Counted from the first letter of the stretch, positions 9,050 through 19,736 are shown. The stretch: 64,000 nt of DNA from Candidatus Hydrogenedentota bacterium (GCA_963745075.1 CAVUWV010000023.1:40618-104617); one strand, 5' to 3'. Notes: generated from the letters alone by a model not told the origin. A program made the numbers and translations.

Positions 9050-9944
9050 TCAAAGGCTAAAGTCTATCACAATCAACATCAGCAAGAGCGGAAGATACAG
9101 AACCAACGTCTTAAGCACGCGCCGGGCGTCTCCCACGGAGCCGGTGCGCACCAGGGGGAAACACGAGGCCAGCATGTAGATTCCCAGCAGCACCGCGCCG
9201 ACTGAATACACGTAGCCGGAAAGTCCAATGGCGGTCGGCAAAAGCGATACGGGAATCAACAGCGCCGCGAATCCGATGATCTGGCGGAAGGTCCGGCGGC
9301 CGCCCGGATCGTTTACGGGCAGCATCTTGAACCCGCCCTTGCGGTAGTCGTCCTTGAATATCCAGGCAATGGAATAGAAATGCGGCTGCTGCCAAATGAA
9401 CAGGATCAGGAACAAGACCCAGGCCCCGGTTTCAATCTGGCCCGTTGCAGCGGTCCAGCCGCCCACCGGAGGCAAGGCGCCGGGAATGGCCCCGATCAAG
9501 GTGTTCAACCAGGACACGCGCTTCATCGGGGTATAGACCAGGACGTAGAGGAACGCGGTCAATAGCCCTAGGAAGGCTGTCAACAGGTTCACTTTCCACA
9601 TGAGCAGCAGGACGCCGCCGAGCACCAGATATTCGCCCAGTAGAAGGGCATGATTCGCAGGGACGGCGCCCGAAGGGATGGGCCGGTTGCGCGTGCGGTC
9701 CATAAGGGCGTCGATGTCGCGTTCGAGGAAGTGGTTCAGCGATCCGGAGCCGCCGGAGACCATCGCCACGCCAATCAGCGTGTAAATCAGGCCGTGAACG
9801 GATTCCCACCCGTGGAAGCCGATGCCGCCCATGAAATAGCCGAGCGTCGCGGTTACCAGCACCAAGCGTGGTGATTCGGGGTTTGGTCAGGTCCAAATAG
9901 GCCCCATAGGGAATGGAGCGTAAACGCGTAATAATTGTCTTCAC
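9050..9944 (-). CDS. cyoE: Heme O synthase (protoheme IX farnesyltransferase); +1 frameshift at ~9864-9866
   Basis: YLDLTKPRITTL joined by one extra base to VLVTATLG...N..LERDIDALMDRTRNRPIPSG...WQQPHF. Confidence 0.9.
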
Positions 9945-10157
9945 GGGGGATAATTCGCCTATGGTTCAGTCGGTTTTCAGCTAAGATAACGGCCCACCAG
10001 GATTGGCCGAAAACGCAAAGTATAGCCGATAAACGCGACAAAAATCGACCCATCACCTCAGATTCCCGGCAATATCAGGCGTAACGACGCCAAGCCGCGA
10101 AATATTTCACGAAATTCGCGAAATGGGAATCTACAACCGGTCCGAGACGTGGACGCA

Positions 10158-10187
10158 ATAAAAATGCCGCGCTTGGCGAGCGCGGCA
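10158..10187 (-). terminator. Rho-independent terminator of htpG
   Basis: TGCCGCGCT-N5-AGCGCGGCA hairpin followed by a T run on the minus strand, 26 nt after the htpG stop. Confidence 0.7.
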
Positions 10188-10213
10188 GTACGATTCACGC
10201 GAAAGGCGGTATA

Positions 10214-12161
10214 TTACTCCGCGTGGACCATCAAGTCTGCCACGAGTTTTGCGAACTGCCCGGGGTTGGGCGGCTGATTGCCTTCGGCGAGGGCGGCTTG
10301 ACCGTAAAGCAATTGGGCGTAGTCACTTAGGCGACTATCCCGGAATCCGCCGTATAGATCGATTCCAGGCGCTCCAGGATCGGGTGATTTGGATTTAACT
10401 CCAGGATTCGCTTCGTCTTAGGCACATCCTGGTTGGCGGCGCGCATGAGCTGCTCCAACTGGGGGCTCATGTCGAACTGATCGCCAACCAGGCATGCGGC
10501 CGAGTTGGTCAGGCGCGTAGAAAGACGGACCTCTTTGACGTGTTCGTCGAGGTGTTGCTTGAGGCATTCGAGGAGGGACTTGTGCTCCTCCTCCTTGGAC
10601 TTGAGGTCTTCTTCGGCTCTTCTTCCGTTCCTCTTCGCTCCCGAGCTCGACGGTGCCCTTACCGACGGATTGGAACTTCTTTCCGTCGAACTCGAACATG
10701 GACTGGGTCCAGAGTTCATCGACGTTGTCGGTCAGGATCAGGACTTCGTAGCCTTTGTCGCGAAACGCTTCCAGGTGGGGCGAGTTTTCGATGGCCGCGC
10801 GCGATTCGCCCGTCATGAAGTAGATGGCGTCCTGGTCCTCCTTCATGCGGTCCTTGTATTCGCGCAACGACGTGAGGGCGGACGAATCGTCCGTCGACTC
10901 AAACAGCATGAGGTCGAGCAACGCGTCGCGGTTGTCGTTATCCTGGTACAAGCCCTTCCTTCAGAACCGGCCCGAATTCCTTCCAGAACGACAGGTACTT
11001 GTCCTTCTCCGTGTCGCGCATCTTCTTGAAGGAATCCAGCAGCTTGTTGATGACGCCTTTGCGAATGCGCTGGATCTGCCGGTTCTGCTGAAGGATTTCG
11101 CGGGAGATGTTCAGCGAAAGATCTTCGGAATCGACGACCCCCTTGACGAAGCGGAGGTATTCAGGCAGCAGTTCCGTGCAGTCGTCCATGATGAAGACGC
11201 GCTTCACGTAAAGTTGGATGCCGCGGCGGCCTTCCCGCATGTAAAGGTCGAACGGCGCGCGCGCCGGAAGGAAGAGGAGCATCTGGTATTCCAGCGTACC
11301 CTCGATCTTGGCGCGTATCGTCTCCAGCGGCGGCGTCCAATCGTGCGACACGTGCTTGTAGAATTCCGTGTACTCTTCCTCCGTGACCTCGTCCTTGTCG
11401 CGGAGCCAGATGGCCTTCATCGAGTTGAGGGTCTCGATTTCGACGACCGTTTCTTCCTTCGCGCCCTCAATGGGTTTTCCCTCGTCGTCGCGGGGGACCT
11501 CGGTGCGCGTGATCTCCATCTTGATGGGATAGGCCACGAAATCGCTGTATTTCTTGACGATTTCGCGGATCTTCCACTCCTGCGTGTAATCGTGGAGACC
11601 GTCCTCCGAGTCCGCTGGCTTGAGGTGCAGGGTAACGCTGGTGCCGGGTTCAGGGACATCGACTTCCTCAAGGGTATACGTGCCTTCCCCGGAGGACTCC
11701 CAGCGGACGCCGGCGGTCTCGCCCGCATGACGCGTGACGAGCGTGACCTTGTCGGCCACCATAAATGACGAATAGAAGCCCACGCCAAACTGCCCAATCA
11801 TCTCGGGCGAGTGCGCTTCCTTGGCCTGTTTCAACGCGGCCATGAACTCGCGGGTACCGGATTTGGCGATGGTGCCGATGAGATCGATGACGTCCTGACG
11901 CGTCATCCCGATCCCGGTGTCGCGAACGGTCAAGGTGTGCGCGTCCGAATCGGCCTCGATAAAGATGTGGAGGTCGGTGCCTTCCGGCATGAGATGGGGC
12001 TCGGTCAGGGATTGAAACCGGCGCCGGTCGAGGGCGTCGGAACTGTTGGAGATCAGTTCCCGCAGGAAAATGTCCTTGTTCGAATAAATCGAGTGGACCA
12101 TAAGGTCCAGGAGTTGGCGTGCTTCCGCCTGAAACTCGAAAGTCTCGGCCGTGGTGCTCAT
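10214..12161 (-). CDS. htpG: Chaperone HtpG (Hsp90); frameshifts at ~10954, ~10618 and ~10341
   Basis: FQAE..QLL.LM.HSIYSNKDIFLRELISNSSDA, GTIAKSGT, IGQFGVGFYS, LSLNISREILQ; C-terminal parts (KEGLYQD, RILELNPNHP, LLYGQA.LAEG) continue in shifted frames to TAA at 10214. Confidence 0.92.
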
Positions 12162-12390
12162 CTGTCTTCTCCTTCTGTTCGCATTGCAAAAAACGACATT
12201 GGCAGCAGTTCACCGGGCAGACCCAGGGCCGCTTGTAGTTTGTGTTGAGCCCCGTATTCTACCGAACGACGACGGCGATGTGAAGATCCTCGTGGCCAGC
12301 GTTTGGGACGACCGCTCCGAGTATCCCTACAAAAACACAGGTGTGAGGGATGGCGATCCGTCTACCTCCGGCGACAAGTTGTCGTATGGG

Positions 12391-12524
12391 CACACTGGGA
12401 GCGCCAGGCACCAGCCTGGCGAAGCTTCGGAGAGGGTCCATCAAGTTGCACAATTGCAGTGCGTGCGTCGCAGTTGGTGGACGCTCCGAATCCCGCCAGG
12501 CTGGTGCCTGGCGCTCCCAGTGTG
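12391..12524. repeat. REPIN/MITE-like element with perfect 31-bp terminal inverted repeats
   Basis: CACACTGGGAGCGCCAGGCACCAGCCTGGCG (12391-12421) and its exact reverse complement (12494-12524). Confidence 0.85.
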
Positions 12525-12680
12525 GCGCGTTTCTCCCCCTTTGTATTGGTTCAAAGGCAGATCTGACCGCGGGCGTCAATTTTGTCAACCTTTGCACGGG
12601 CACCCGCGTTGCGGGCATAAGGATCGCTGTGTCCCGCGGGCGCGTGTTATAGTAGGTGTTTTCCGACGAGGAACCGCTCG

Positions 12681-13563
12681 ATGTTTCGTAATCATCGTCA
12701 TATTGTGTGGGCTGTAGTGGCTGGTCTCGCCCTGTTCGGGTGTGAACGGCCGGCGGGGATTACGTCGTCCGACACCGCGCTCGCCGCGACGAAAGATCCC
12801 GCGCGGCCGGCGACACCGGAACCGCAGAAGGCCGAAGACCCCATCAAAGACTTGAACAGCAAGTTGGAGTCGATGGGGGCACAAGTCGTCGAGACACCCA
12901 AGGACAACCCGGGCGAAACGAAGGTCCGCGACCTCGAAACGTTGTCCAGGGAAGTGGACGAGTTGCAGGCGGAAGTCAAACGATTGCAGGAGACGGTGGA
13001 CCTGACGAATCTCGTACGTCGTGGGCGATTTGCAGGAAGAGAACCGGCGGCTTCGTGAAGAGGTGGCCCGTGCGTACGGTGTGACGCCGGAATCGTCGGA
13101 AGACGGCCGTGACGTGGTAGTGCTGGGTTCGGGCGAGGCGGGGGGCATGCAAGACACGCCGGATATGCAAGACGGAAACACTCCGGAGCCCGGCCCGGGT
13201 GTGGAAGATGCGGATTACGGGGAACAGGGGTATATCTCCGTGAAGGAGTGGGGACGGTCGCCGGAGGAAGTAGCGTCGCTGGGGGCCAATGTGCCGTCGC
13301 TGAAAGGAATGATTTGCGCCGTACCGCATCGTATGGACGACGCGGAACTCTCCGATTTGGGGCGACAGTTGCGCGACAAATTCGACAACTACGACAACAT
13401 CGTCATCGAAGTCTTCAACGATGAGGCGGCCGCGCGGGCCTACGCCGACAGGAACGTACGCTCGACGGTGACAAACGTGTTGAGCATTCAAAAGGACGGA
13501 GAAACCGGGAAAGACTATATTCTGCTTCATCGCAACGGGGTGTCCATCGACGTCCCCCGCTGA
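12681..13563 (+). CDS. Hypothetical lipoprotein with coiled coil; +1 frameshift at ~13008
   Basis: Lipobox LFGC; ETVDLT joins ISYVVGDLQEENRRLREEV when one A is removed, uniting ORFs 12681-13058 and 13021-13563. Confidence 0.7.
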
Positions 13564-13690
13564 CGGGGGCGTCTGGAAATCTACTTCCCGTATTCCTTTT
13601 CTCTTTCACATCCTGCGCGCGTGTACGGCGCCCCAATTGTCGAGTACGAGAGCGAGTACGAGAGAAAAGCCGCGACAGGATTTTTTCTTG

Positions 13691-14215
13691 CTATTCCTCT
13701 TCGAGGGTGTAGATCGCGGGGAGATGGCGGTACCGTTCGTCGTGATCCAGTCCGTAGCCGACGACGAAGTGGTCGTCGATGGTGATCCCCACGTACTGTG
13801 CATCGACCGACACGATGCGCCTGGCGGGTTTATCCAGGAAAACGCAGAGTTCCAGCGACTTCGGGTTGTGCTCGTTCAGGATCGCGAGGATAGCAGCCGT
13901 GGTGCGGCCGGTATCCAGGATGTCTTCGATCACGATGAGGGATTTGCCCCGCAACGGCTGTTCCGGAAGAACGGGCAGGAGCACGTCGCCCCCGGAATTG
14001 GTGCCCGTGTAACTTTTCGCGCGGATGTATTCGACGGAGAGGGGCAGGTCGATCTGGCGCATGAGATCGGCAGCGAAGAGGGTGCCGCCTTTGAGCACCA
14101 CCACGAGGACCAGGTCTTCGCAACCGCGATGTCGGTCGGAAACTTCGCGCGCAAGCCGCGCGACGGTGTCGCGGATTTCCGATTCCGCAATCAGCGGTGC
14201 GTCACTCAGCCGCAT
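13691..14215 (-). CDS. hpt: Hypoxanthine phosphoribosyltransferase
   Basis: VLKGG..F.ADL, VIEDILDTGRT, LDKP.RR, FVVGYGLD..ERYRHLP. Confidence 0.95.
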   Translation of the reverse strand: MRLSDAPLIAESEIRDTVARLAREVSDRHRGCEDLVLVVVLKGGTLFAADLMRQIDLPLSVEYIRAKSYTGTNSGGDVLLPVLPEQPLRGKSLIVIEDILDTGRTTAAILAILNEHNPKSLELCVFLDKPARRIVSVDAQYVGITIDDHFVVGYGLDHDERYRHLPAIYTLEEE

Positions 14216-15578
14216 CCAGAACCTCCACCTCGATCAATCGTGCCGTATGTTGGGTCACGGCAAACTCCGCGCTCATGGCGTACCCCACCACCCAGGCGAT
14301 CCGGCCGCCGCTCATGAGCAGTGGAACCCGGTCTCGATCCGAGACCGGCAGGCCGGCATCCACAAAGTAATCTTTTACCTTCTTGGTCCCCCCCATGCCA
14401 AGGGGAATGAACCGGTCGCCGGGGCGCCGGAGCCGCACGGTCAGCGCCGCGCCCAGGACGTTGGCGTCGAAGACCTGGCGCGACGGGGTGCAGTATTGGG
14501 TGAGGGGAACCGCGGGGGTCATCTCCAGGAACCGCACACGAAAGGTGAGGCCGAAGGCCGTCGTTTCGCCTGGACACGCGAGGCCGATTTCGCGATCGTC
14601 TCGCGCCGCTTCGCCGCGTATGACGTTGGTCAAGTCACGGGCGTTGCGCAGCAACACGCCCCCGCCGAGATCGAAGCAGCGGCCCGCGGGTCCATCGGCA
14701 ATGAAGGCCCGGGCCCCTTCCACCCGATCGTACGGACACTCGACGCCGTACCGCCACCCGATGGCCACGACAGCGCGGCGCTGACAGGCCACCATGCCGC
14801 GGGCGAAAACATCCCGTTTGATCCGGCCCGCGGTGAAACAGCGCTCGAGAAATTCCACCACCGTGTCGTCCAGCAGTTCATTCTCCGCGCGCTGTACATC
14901 GGCGAGCCGCACCAGCGCTTCGGGCAGGCGTGGATTATACTCGGCGGTAAGCATCGGCAGGAGGTCATGACGGAGGCGATTACGAAGGAACCGCGTGTCC
15001 GTATTGGAGTGGTCGATACGATAGGCTACTTGCCGTTGGTCGAGGTAAGCGACGATCGCCTTGCGCGTGCAGTCCAACAAAGGACGAATGATGCGCACGT
15101 TGCCGGCCATGCGCAGGGGCGGAATCCCGGACAAGCCGCCCGGCGCCGCGCCGCGCAATACACGCATCAACACGGTCTCCGCCTGATCGTCGGCGTGATG
15201 GCCCGTAGCGATTGCGTCGCATCCGATTGCTTCCGCCGTGTCCGCGAGATAGGCGTATCGAACCTTCCGGGCGTACTCTTCGAAGGACAGCGGCGACGCT
15301 TCGGCCTCCGCTTCGACGGCGCGGCTTTCCGCGTGCAAGGGCACGCCCAGGCCGTCGCACAACGCCGTGACGAATGCGGCGTCGGCGGCGCTGGCGCCTT
15401 CCCGCGTTTGATGATCGAGGTGCGCCGCTTCGACCGTGTACCCGAGTTCTTTCAGCACGTGCAACAGACACACGGAATCGGGACCGCCGGAAACGGCGAC
15501 GAGGATCTTCTCCCCCGTCTCGACCATGCGGTGGGCGCGAAGCGTTCGTTGCACTCGTTCCAGTAGAGGATGTGCCAC
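14202..15578 (-). CDS. tilS: tRNA(Ile)-lysidine synthetase (GTG start inferred; ORF open to 15602)
   Basis: VAVSGGPDS, AR..RY, TGHHADDQAET, IIRPLL, D.SN...F.RN.LR, RRPGDRF. Confidence 0.95.
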   Translation of the reverse strand: MAHPLLERVQRTLRAHRMVETGEKILVAVSGGPDSVCLLHVLKELGYTVEAAHLDHQTREGASAADAAFVTALCDGLGVPLHAESRAVEAEAEASPLSFEEYARKVRYAYLADTAEAIGCDAIATGHHADDQAETVLMRVLRGAAPGGLSGIPPLRMAGNVRIIRPLLDCTRKAIVAYLDQRQVAYRIDHSNTDTRFLRNRLRHDLLPMLTAEYNPRLPEALVRLADVQRAENELLDDTVVEFLERCFTAGRIKRDVFARGMVACQRRAVVAIGWRYGVECPYDRVEGARAFIADGPAGRCFDLGGGVLLRNARDLTNVIRGEAARDDREIGLACPGETTAFGLTFRVRFLEMTPAVPLTQYCTPSRQVFDANVLGAALTVRLRRPGDRFIPLGMGGTKKVKDYFVDAGLPVSDRDRVPLLMSGGRIAWVVGYAMSAEFAVTQHTARLIEVEVLDAAE

Positions 15579-15608
15579 AGGTTTTCTCGCGGGCCGTTGC
15601 AAGTGCGG

Positions 15609-16532
15609 TCAGGGCGCGCCGGTGTCGCGGCTGAATCGCTGCTGCAGAATGCGCCAGACCGCACAGGACTGGCCCAAATTCTCACGGGGGTCGCCCGGGA
15701 CTTGGTAACTCTGCAATCCAACCGGACCGCGGTATCCCCGATCGCGAAAGGCCTTGAGCACCGTGTAGTACTCGTCGATATCTTCTCGTTCCAAGGGTCC
15801 GATATCGTGGGGACCCACGTCGCCGTTAATCGACATGACGAGCATGCGTGGCGCGAGGGCTTTCGCGACTTCTTCGATGGGGCGCTTGCGATCCCCGAGC
15901 GCTTTCCAGTGGAACAGGTTGAACGAGGTTCCGAAGTTGGGCCGGTTCACCTTGTCCGCGAGGCGCACGGTGTCTTCCGGAGACTCGACCCACAAACCAA
16001 TGTGCGGATACGGGGCGACCTTGACGCCGTAAGGCGCGGCCATGTCGGCGATTTCCTGGAAGATTGGCACGGCGTATTCGTCGCCGGCCGGATCGGAGGG
16101 CTTGAATCGTTTGCTCTGCGTGTTGCACCAAAGCACGGTGCCGCGATCCTTCAGCAAGGGAAGGGCGTCCACGAGTCCCGGATTATACGGCACTTCGCCG
16201 GGGTCGATGTGCACGGCGAAGTAAATGGTGAAGAGCTTAAGATGATGTGCGTCGAGCGCTTTCAAAGCGGGTTCGAGATCGGTGAGTTCGCGGTTGTCGA
16301 AACCATCGAGCCCAACATTGACCAGGATCTTGACCTGTTCCTCGACCGATTTCGGTCCGTCGATCTCCATGCTGTTCTTGAATGCGAAGAGGGGGTTGTC
16401 AAGCCGGTCAGCCATTGCCGCGGACGTGCCGAACCACACGCCCAGCACGCAGACGCAAGCCAGCACGTGTGAAGGGGATCGCCGCTGGGGTGTCCGGTTC
16501 GCGGAACTTCGGATGGTAGGTTTCGAGATCAT
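15609..16532 (-). CDS. Exported sugar-phosphate isomerase/epimerase (TIM barrel) family protein
   Basis: Signal peptide; YPH.G.W, NRPNFGTSFNLFHW, GYRGPVGLQ. Confidence 0.75.
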   Translation of the reverse strand: MISKPTIRSSANRTPQRRSPSHVLACVCVLGVWFGTSAAMADRLDNPLFAFKNSMEIDGPKSVEEQVKILVNVGLDGFDNRELTDLEPALKALDAHHLKLFTIYFAVHIDPGEVPYNPGLVDALPLLKDRGTVLWCNTQSKRFKPSDPAGDEYAVPIFQEIADMAAPYGVKVAPYPHIGLWVESPEDTVRLADKVNRPNFGTSFNLFHWKALGDRKRPIEEVAKALAPRMLVMSINGDVGPHDIGPLEREDIDEYYTVLKAFRDRGYRGPVGLQSYQVPGDPRENLGQSCAVWRILQQRFSRDTGAP

Positions 16533-16776
16533 GGCGCCGTCCTGGCCTTTCCGTTGTGCGGTTCCACCCGCACCGTCCCATGGCAACCCAGGTTCATAAG
16601 TACGTCCATTGTGGGCATGCAGAATCGCATATGTCCACGTCGATTTCCATCGTTCCCGGAATCTTCTTGGTGAGATGGGGTATTATATGGGCCAAATCAC
16701 GACATTTCCTGGCCGGTTATCTTCCGGTCGTCACGGTTTCGGACCGGAAATCCCTTCAAAACTATGGAAAGGCACC

Positions 16777-17970
16777 ATGCGCATTAGAAGACATCTTCAC
16801 GTACTCGGAATCGTCATTCTCTTGGCCACGATCCACATGGCAGCCGTCGCGGACACGGTTTACCTGCACAACGGCGACCGCATATCGGGGACCGTGACCG
16901 GCATTTCCGACGAGACCGTGCGCATCACCACGGATTACGCGGGCGACGTGGAGGTGCAGCGCACGGCAATTCTGGCGCTGGACACCGAGCGCAGTTTCAC
17001 CGTGCAGCGCGACAACGGCACGACGGTTACGGGCCCGCTCACGCTGGAAGACGGCACGCCCGGTGTGCGGACGGGTTCGGGGTTCGTCCCGGCACCGATA
17101 GCCGGTCTCGTAAGTGCGGTTGAGCCTGCACCTGCCAATCCGGAAGGAACCCCCTCCTTGTGGTCCGGGTTCGTCGAGTCGGGCCTGACCCTCCGTTCGG
17201 GCAATACGGACACGACGGATTTTTTGTTCAAATCCAGCGCTACCCGCGACGGCGAGTGGACCGAACTCACGTTGACCCTTTCCGCGGACTACGGGGAAGC
17301 CGAGTCAATCATCAACACCCGGCGCTACAAGGGGGAGGCGAAGTGGAAGGGCTATCTGACGGACCGGTTCTATCTGCTGGGTGTGGCTTCGGCAGAACAC
17401 GATGACGGACGCAAGCTCGATCTGCGCGGGACCGCGGGCGCGGGCGCGGGGTACGCGTTCATCGACAATGAAAAGCGGCATCTCAGTCTCGAGGCAGGGC
17501 TGGAGTACGCGTGGGAACGGTGGAACCCCCTCACGCCTCAGGAGCGGGACGAAACGCGCAACGCGATCCGCACGAGCGCCATCGAACGGCTTTCCTCGTT
17601 GACGGCTCAGATCAATGGGGACATCAACCTGTCGGACGTACGAAACTTGCGGCTCATCTTCAAGGACATCCGCGATCCGTTGCGCGGGTTTGAAAGCCGC
17701 GAGGAAGATTATCTCAGCGCACGGATCACCGGCGAATTCACGCAGCAGTTGTTCAAAGACAGCAGCCTATCGGACAAGTTGGTCGTGCTGCCGAATCTGA
17801 ATAATTTTGGCGAGTTCCGGCTGACCAACGAACTCGCGTTTATGACGCCGTTGACGAAGGCGCTCAACCTCCGCGTGAGCCTTGAGAGCGAATACGACAG
17901 CCTGGCGGGTGAAAGCAATGTCGAAGACTGGAACCACACGCTGAAAACGGGCCTGCGCTACGAGTTTTGA
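16777..17970 (+). CDS. DUF481 (YdiY-like) outer-membrane beta-barrel protein
   Basis: Signal peptide, DTVYLHNGDRISG N-domain, SGNTDT, alternating beta strands, terminal LRYEF. Confidence 0.82.
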   Translation: MRIRRHLHVLGIVILLATIHMAAVADTVYLHNGDRISGTVTGISDETVRITTDYAGDVEVQRTAILALDTERSFTVQRDNGTTVTGPLTLEDGTPGVRTGSGFVPAPIAGLVSAVEPAPANPEGTPSLWSGFVESGLTLRSGNTDTTDFLFKSSATRDGEWTELTLTLSADYGEAESIINTRRYKGEAKWKGYLTDRFYLLGVASAEHDDGRKLDLRGTAGAGAGYAFIDNEKRHLSLEAGLEYAWERWNPLTPQERDETRNAIRTSAIERLSSLTAQINGDINLSDVRNLRLIFKDIRDPLRGFESREEDYLSARITGEFTQQLFKDSSLSDKLVVLPNLNNFGEFRLTNELAFMTPLTKALNLRVSLESEYDSLAGESNVEDWNHTLKTGLRYEF

Positions 17971-18027
17971 CGGAGACTCCACTGCGAACCGGCGGTGAGG
18001 AATTCCCTTTGGTAGAGGATCGCTCGT

Positions 18028-18594
18028 CTACCGAATCCACTGCAAGCCGCGGAGCCCTCCGCGATTCAACCGGGACGCCGTGAAGGGGCTGTCATCGGGG
18101 TAGCAGCGGTGGATGGCGCCGATCAGCGACTCCGCCGTGCACAGCATAGGCTTAACGCTGAGTCCGGTGATGTGGCAGAGATCCGCAATCGTGGTTTCAT
18201 CCAGCGGGCAAACCATGCCCACGGTCAGCAAATGGCCCAGCTTGTCGATGGGGCACACTTGTCGATCGTACGCGAAATCCCGTGGAATCAGCCCCGCAAG
18301 TTCTTCGGACACGCGATAGTGGGTGAGGTCAATGCTGGTCATGCCGGGCTGCCGCGCCACGAAGGAAACAAAGGAATGGGAGGTGAGGTGTCCCAGGGCA
18401 ATGAGCTGGTTGACGATGCGGCCGCCGTTGCCCGCCTGCAATGCCAGCGCTTGATTCAGTTGCTGGCTGGTGATGAGGCCTTCGGTAATCAGTAATTGCC
18501 CGATCGGCCGGCGCCTAGTACCGGACGGGACACCTGCGTGCATGGGTACCGCTCGTTGCGGCGCCGTGCCCGCACCACTGTTTCGGCTTTCCAA
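18028..18594 (-). CDS. Stand-alone MshEN / T2SSE_N domain protein (copy 2)
   Basis: RRPIGQLLITEGLITSQQLNQALALQ...GRIVNQLIALGHL...IP..FA....V.P...LTVGM.CPLD; no ATPase domain; TTG start after GGAGGTGA inferred. Confidence 0.82.
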   Translation of the reverse strand: MESRNSGAGTAPQRAVPMHAGVPSGTRRRPIGQLLITEGLITSQQLNQALALQAGNGGRIVNQLIALGHLTSHSFVSFVARQPGMTSIDLTHYRVSEELAGLIPRDFAYDRQVCPIDKLGHLLTVGMVCPLDETTIADLCHITGLSVKPMLCTAESLIGAIHRCYPDDSPFTASRLNRGGLRGLQWIR

Positions 18595-18672
18595 CTCACT
18601 CACCTCCCTGCCCACCTGCACCTCGGCGGACCAGTGTCGCTCCGCTCCCCCAGAGCAACTTGAATTCCGGGC

Positions 18673-19224
18673 CTACCGCGCCCACTGCAACCGGTACAGC
18701 TCCTTGCGGCCCGGAATCGGAATTGCAAATTCGTCGTCCCATCCGTAGTGCCGCGCGATGGCGGCCTTAATGCACTCGGGGGAGCACAACATCGGTTTGA
18801 CCCGCAGTCCCGTAAGATTCTGCAACTCGTCGACTGTTCCTCTGTCCAAGGGACAGGCCATACCGACCGTGAGCAATTTCCCCAGCCGGTCTATAGGAAA
18901 CACCTGGTGGGACGCCGCAAAGTCCTGCGGAACCAACGAAAGGAGTTCTTTTCGTACGCGGCAGTTTGCGAGGACGATGCTGGAGACTCCCGGCTGGCGC
19001 GCGAGAAAGGTCAGAAATGCGTGGGCGCTGATGTAGCCGAGCAGGATAAGTTTTTCGACGATTCGGCCGCCTTGGCCCCGCTGAAGTTCCAGTGCTTCAA
19101 GGAGTTGGCGTTCCGTGATGAGCCCGTCCAGCACCAACAACTCCCCAATCAACTTGCGCCGCGGTTGCGGCTTGTCTTCTGTCCGCCGCGATGCTGCTAC
19201 GGGGAATTGTGCCCTGTCTTTCAT
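18673..19224 (-). CDS. Stand-alone MshEN / T2SSE_N domain protein (copy 1)
   Basis: RKLIGELLVLDGLITERQLLEALELQ...GRIVEKLILLGYI...LTVGMACPLD...TGLRVKPML. Confidence 0.85.
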   Translation of the reverse strand: MKDRAQFPVAASRRTEDKPQPRRKLIGELLVLDGLITERQLLEALELQRGQGGRIVEKLILLGYISAHAFLTFLARQPGVSSIVLANCRVRKELLSLVPQDFAASHQVFPIDRLGKLLTVGMACPLDRGTVDELQNLTGLRVKPMLCSPECIKAAIARHYGWDDEFAIPIPGRKELYRLQWAR

Positions 19225-19301
19225 CACCAGACTCTCCCGTTCTACCGACCGAACCCCGCCGAATCCTTCACAAATCCACCAGTTTACTTGGTCTGTAAAG
19301 G

Positions 19302-19317
19302 GCAAGATTCGGGCCAA
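19302..19317 (-). promoter_or_regulatory. Sigma54 (-24/-12) promoter for the MshEN pair
   Basis: Minus strand TTGGCCCGAATCTTGC versus consensus YTGGCACGRNNNTTGC, GG-N10-GC spacing, 77 nt upstream of the ATG. Confidence 0.6.
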
Positions 19318-19736
19318 GTTTTGGGCGTGGTTGGTTCCGACCCCTTAAGTGGCATTTCAAAAGGGACTTATGAGGGGAGCGCGTACCCTCGACCGTAGCC
19401 TGGGCGAGGTCGGTAGCGGCTTGATTGGGTCTCGGTAGCATTTGTGTTATTCACATATGATAAATTACTAATCAATGTTGAATATCTATTTGCCAGTACA
19501 TCAGCGGGTTGGCCCACATCCCAACGTGGGTCCCATGCGATTGGGTTGAAGTAGGAGCAAGGCCACGAGTGTTTGCGAGAGGCGTTTGACTCGGGCGGGC
19601 ATACCAACGGAATCGGCAGATGATACTTCCGTATTATTTTAGCATACTTATATGTTCCAACGTGCTATGCTCTATCTGCCGAAATCCGGTTTTCGGCACG
19701 GTGCATGGGGGCATGCCGAAGCAGGAGTATCTACCG

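Noticed and set aside
10025..10032. GCCGATAA resembling a sigma28 -10 box
   Set aside because: No TAAA -35 element at 15-16 nt spacing and no plus-strand gene downstream
10214..10960. Programmed frameshifting or split htpG
   Set aside because: No slippery sequences or stimulatory structures; neighbouring genes show the same kind of indel, favouring sequence error
13691..15578. tilS-hpt overlap as a novel pairing
   Set aside because: Well-known conserved gene pair
19225..19736. c-di-GMP riboswitch upstream of the MshEN genes
   Set aside because: No GEMM-type GGCAAA..GAAA..GACGCAAAG pattern visible on either strand
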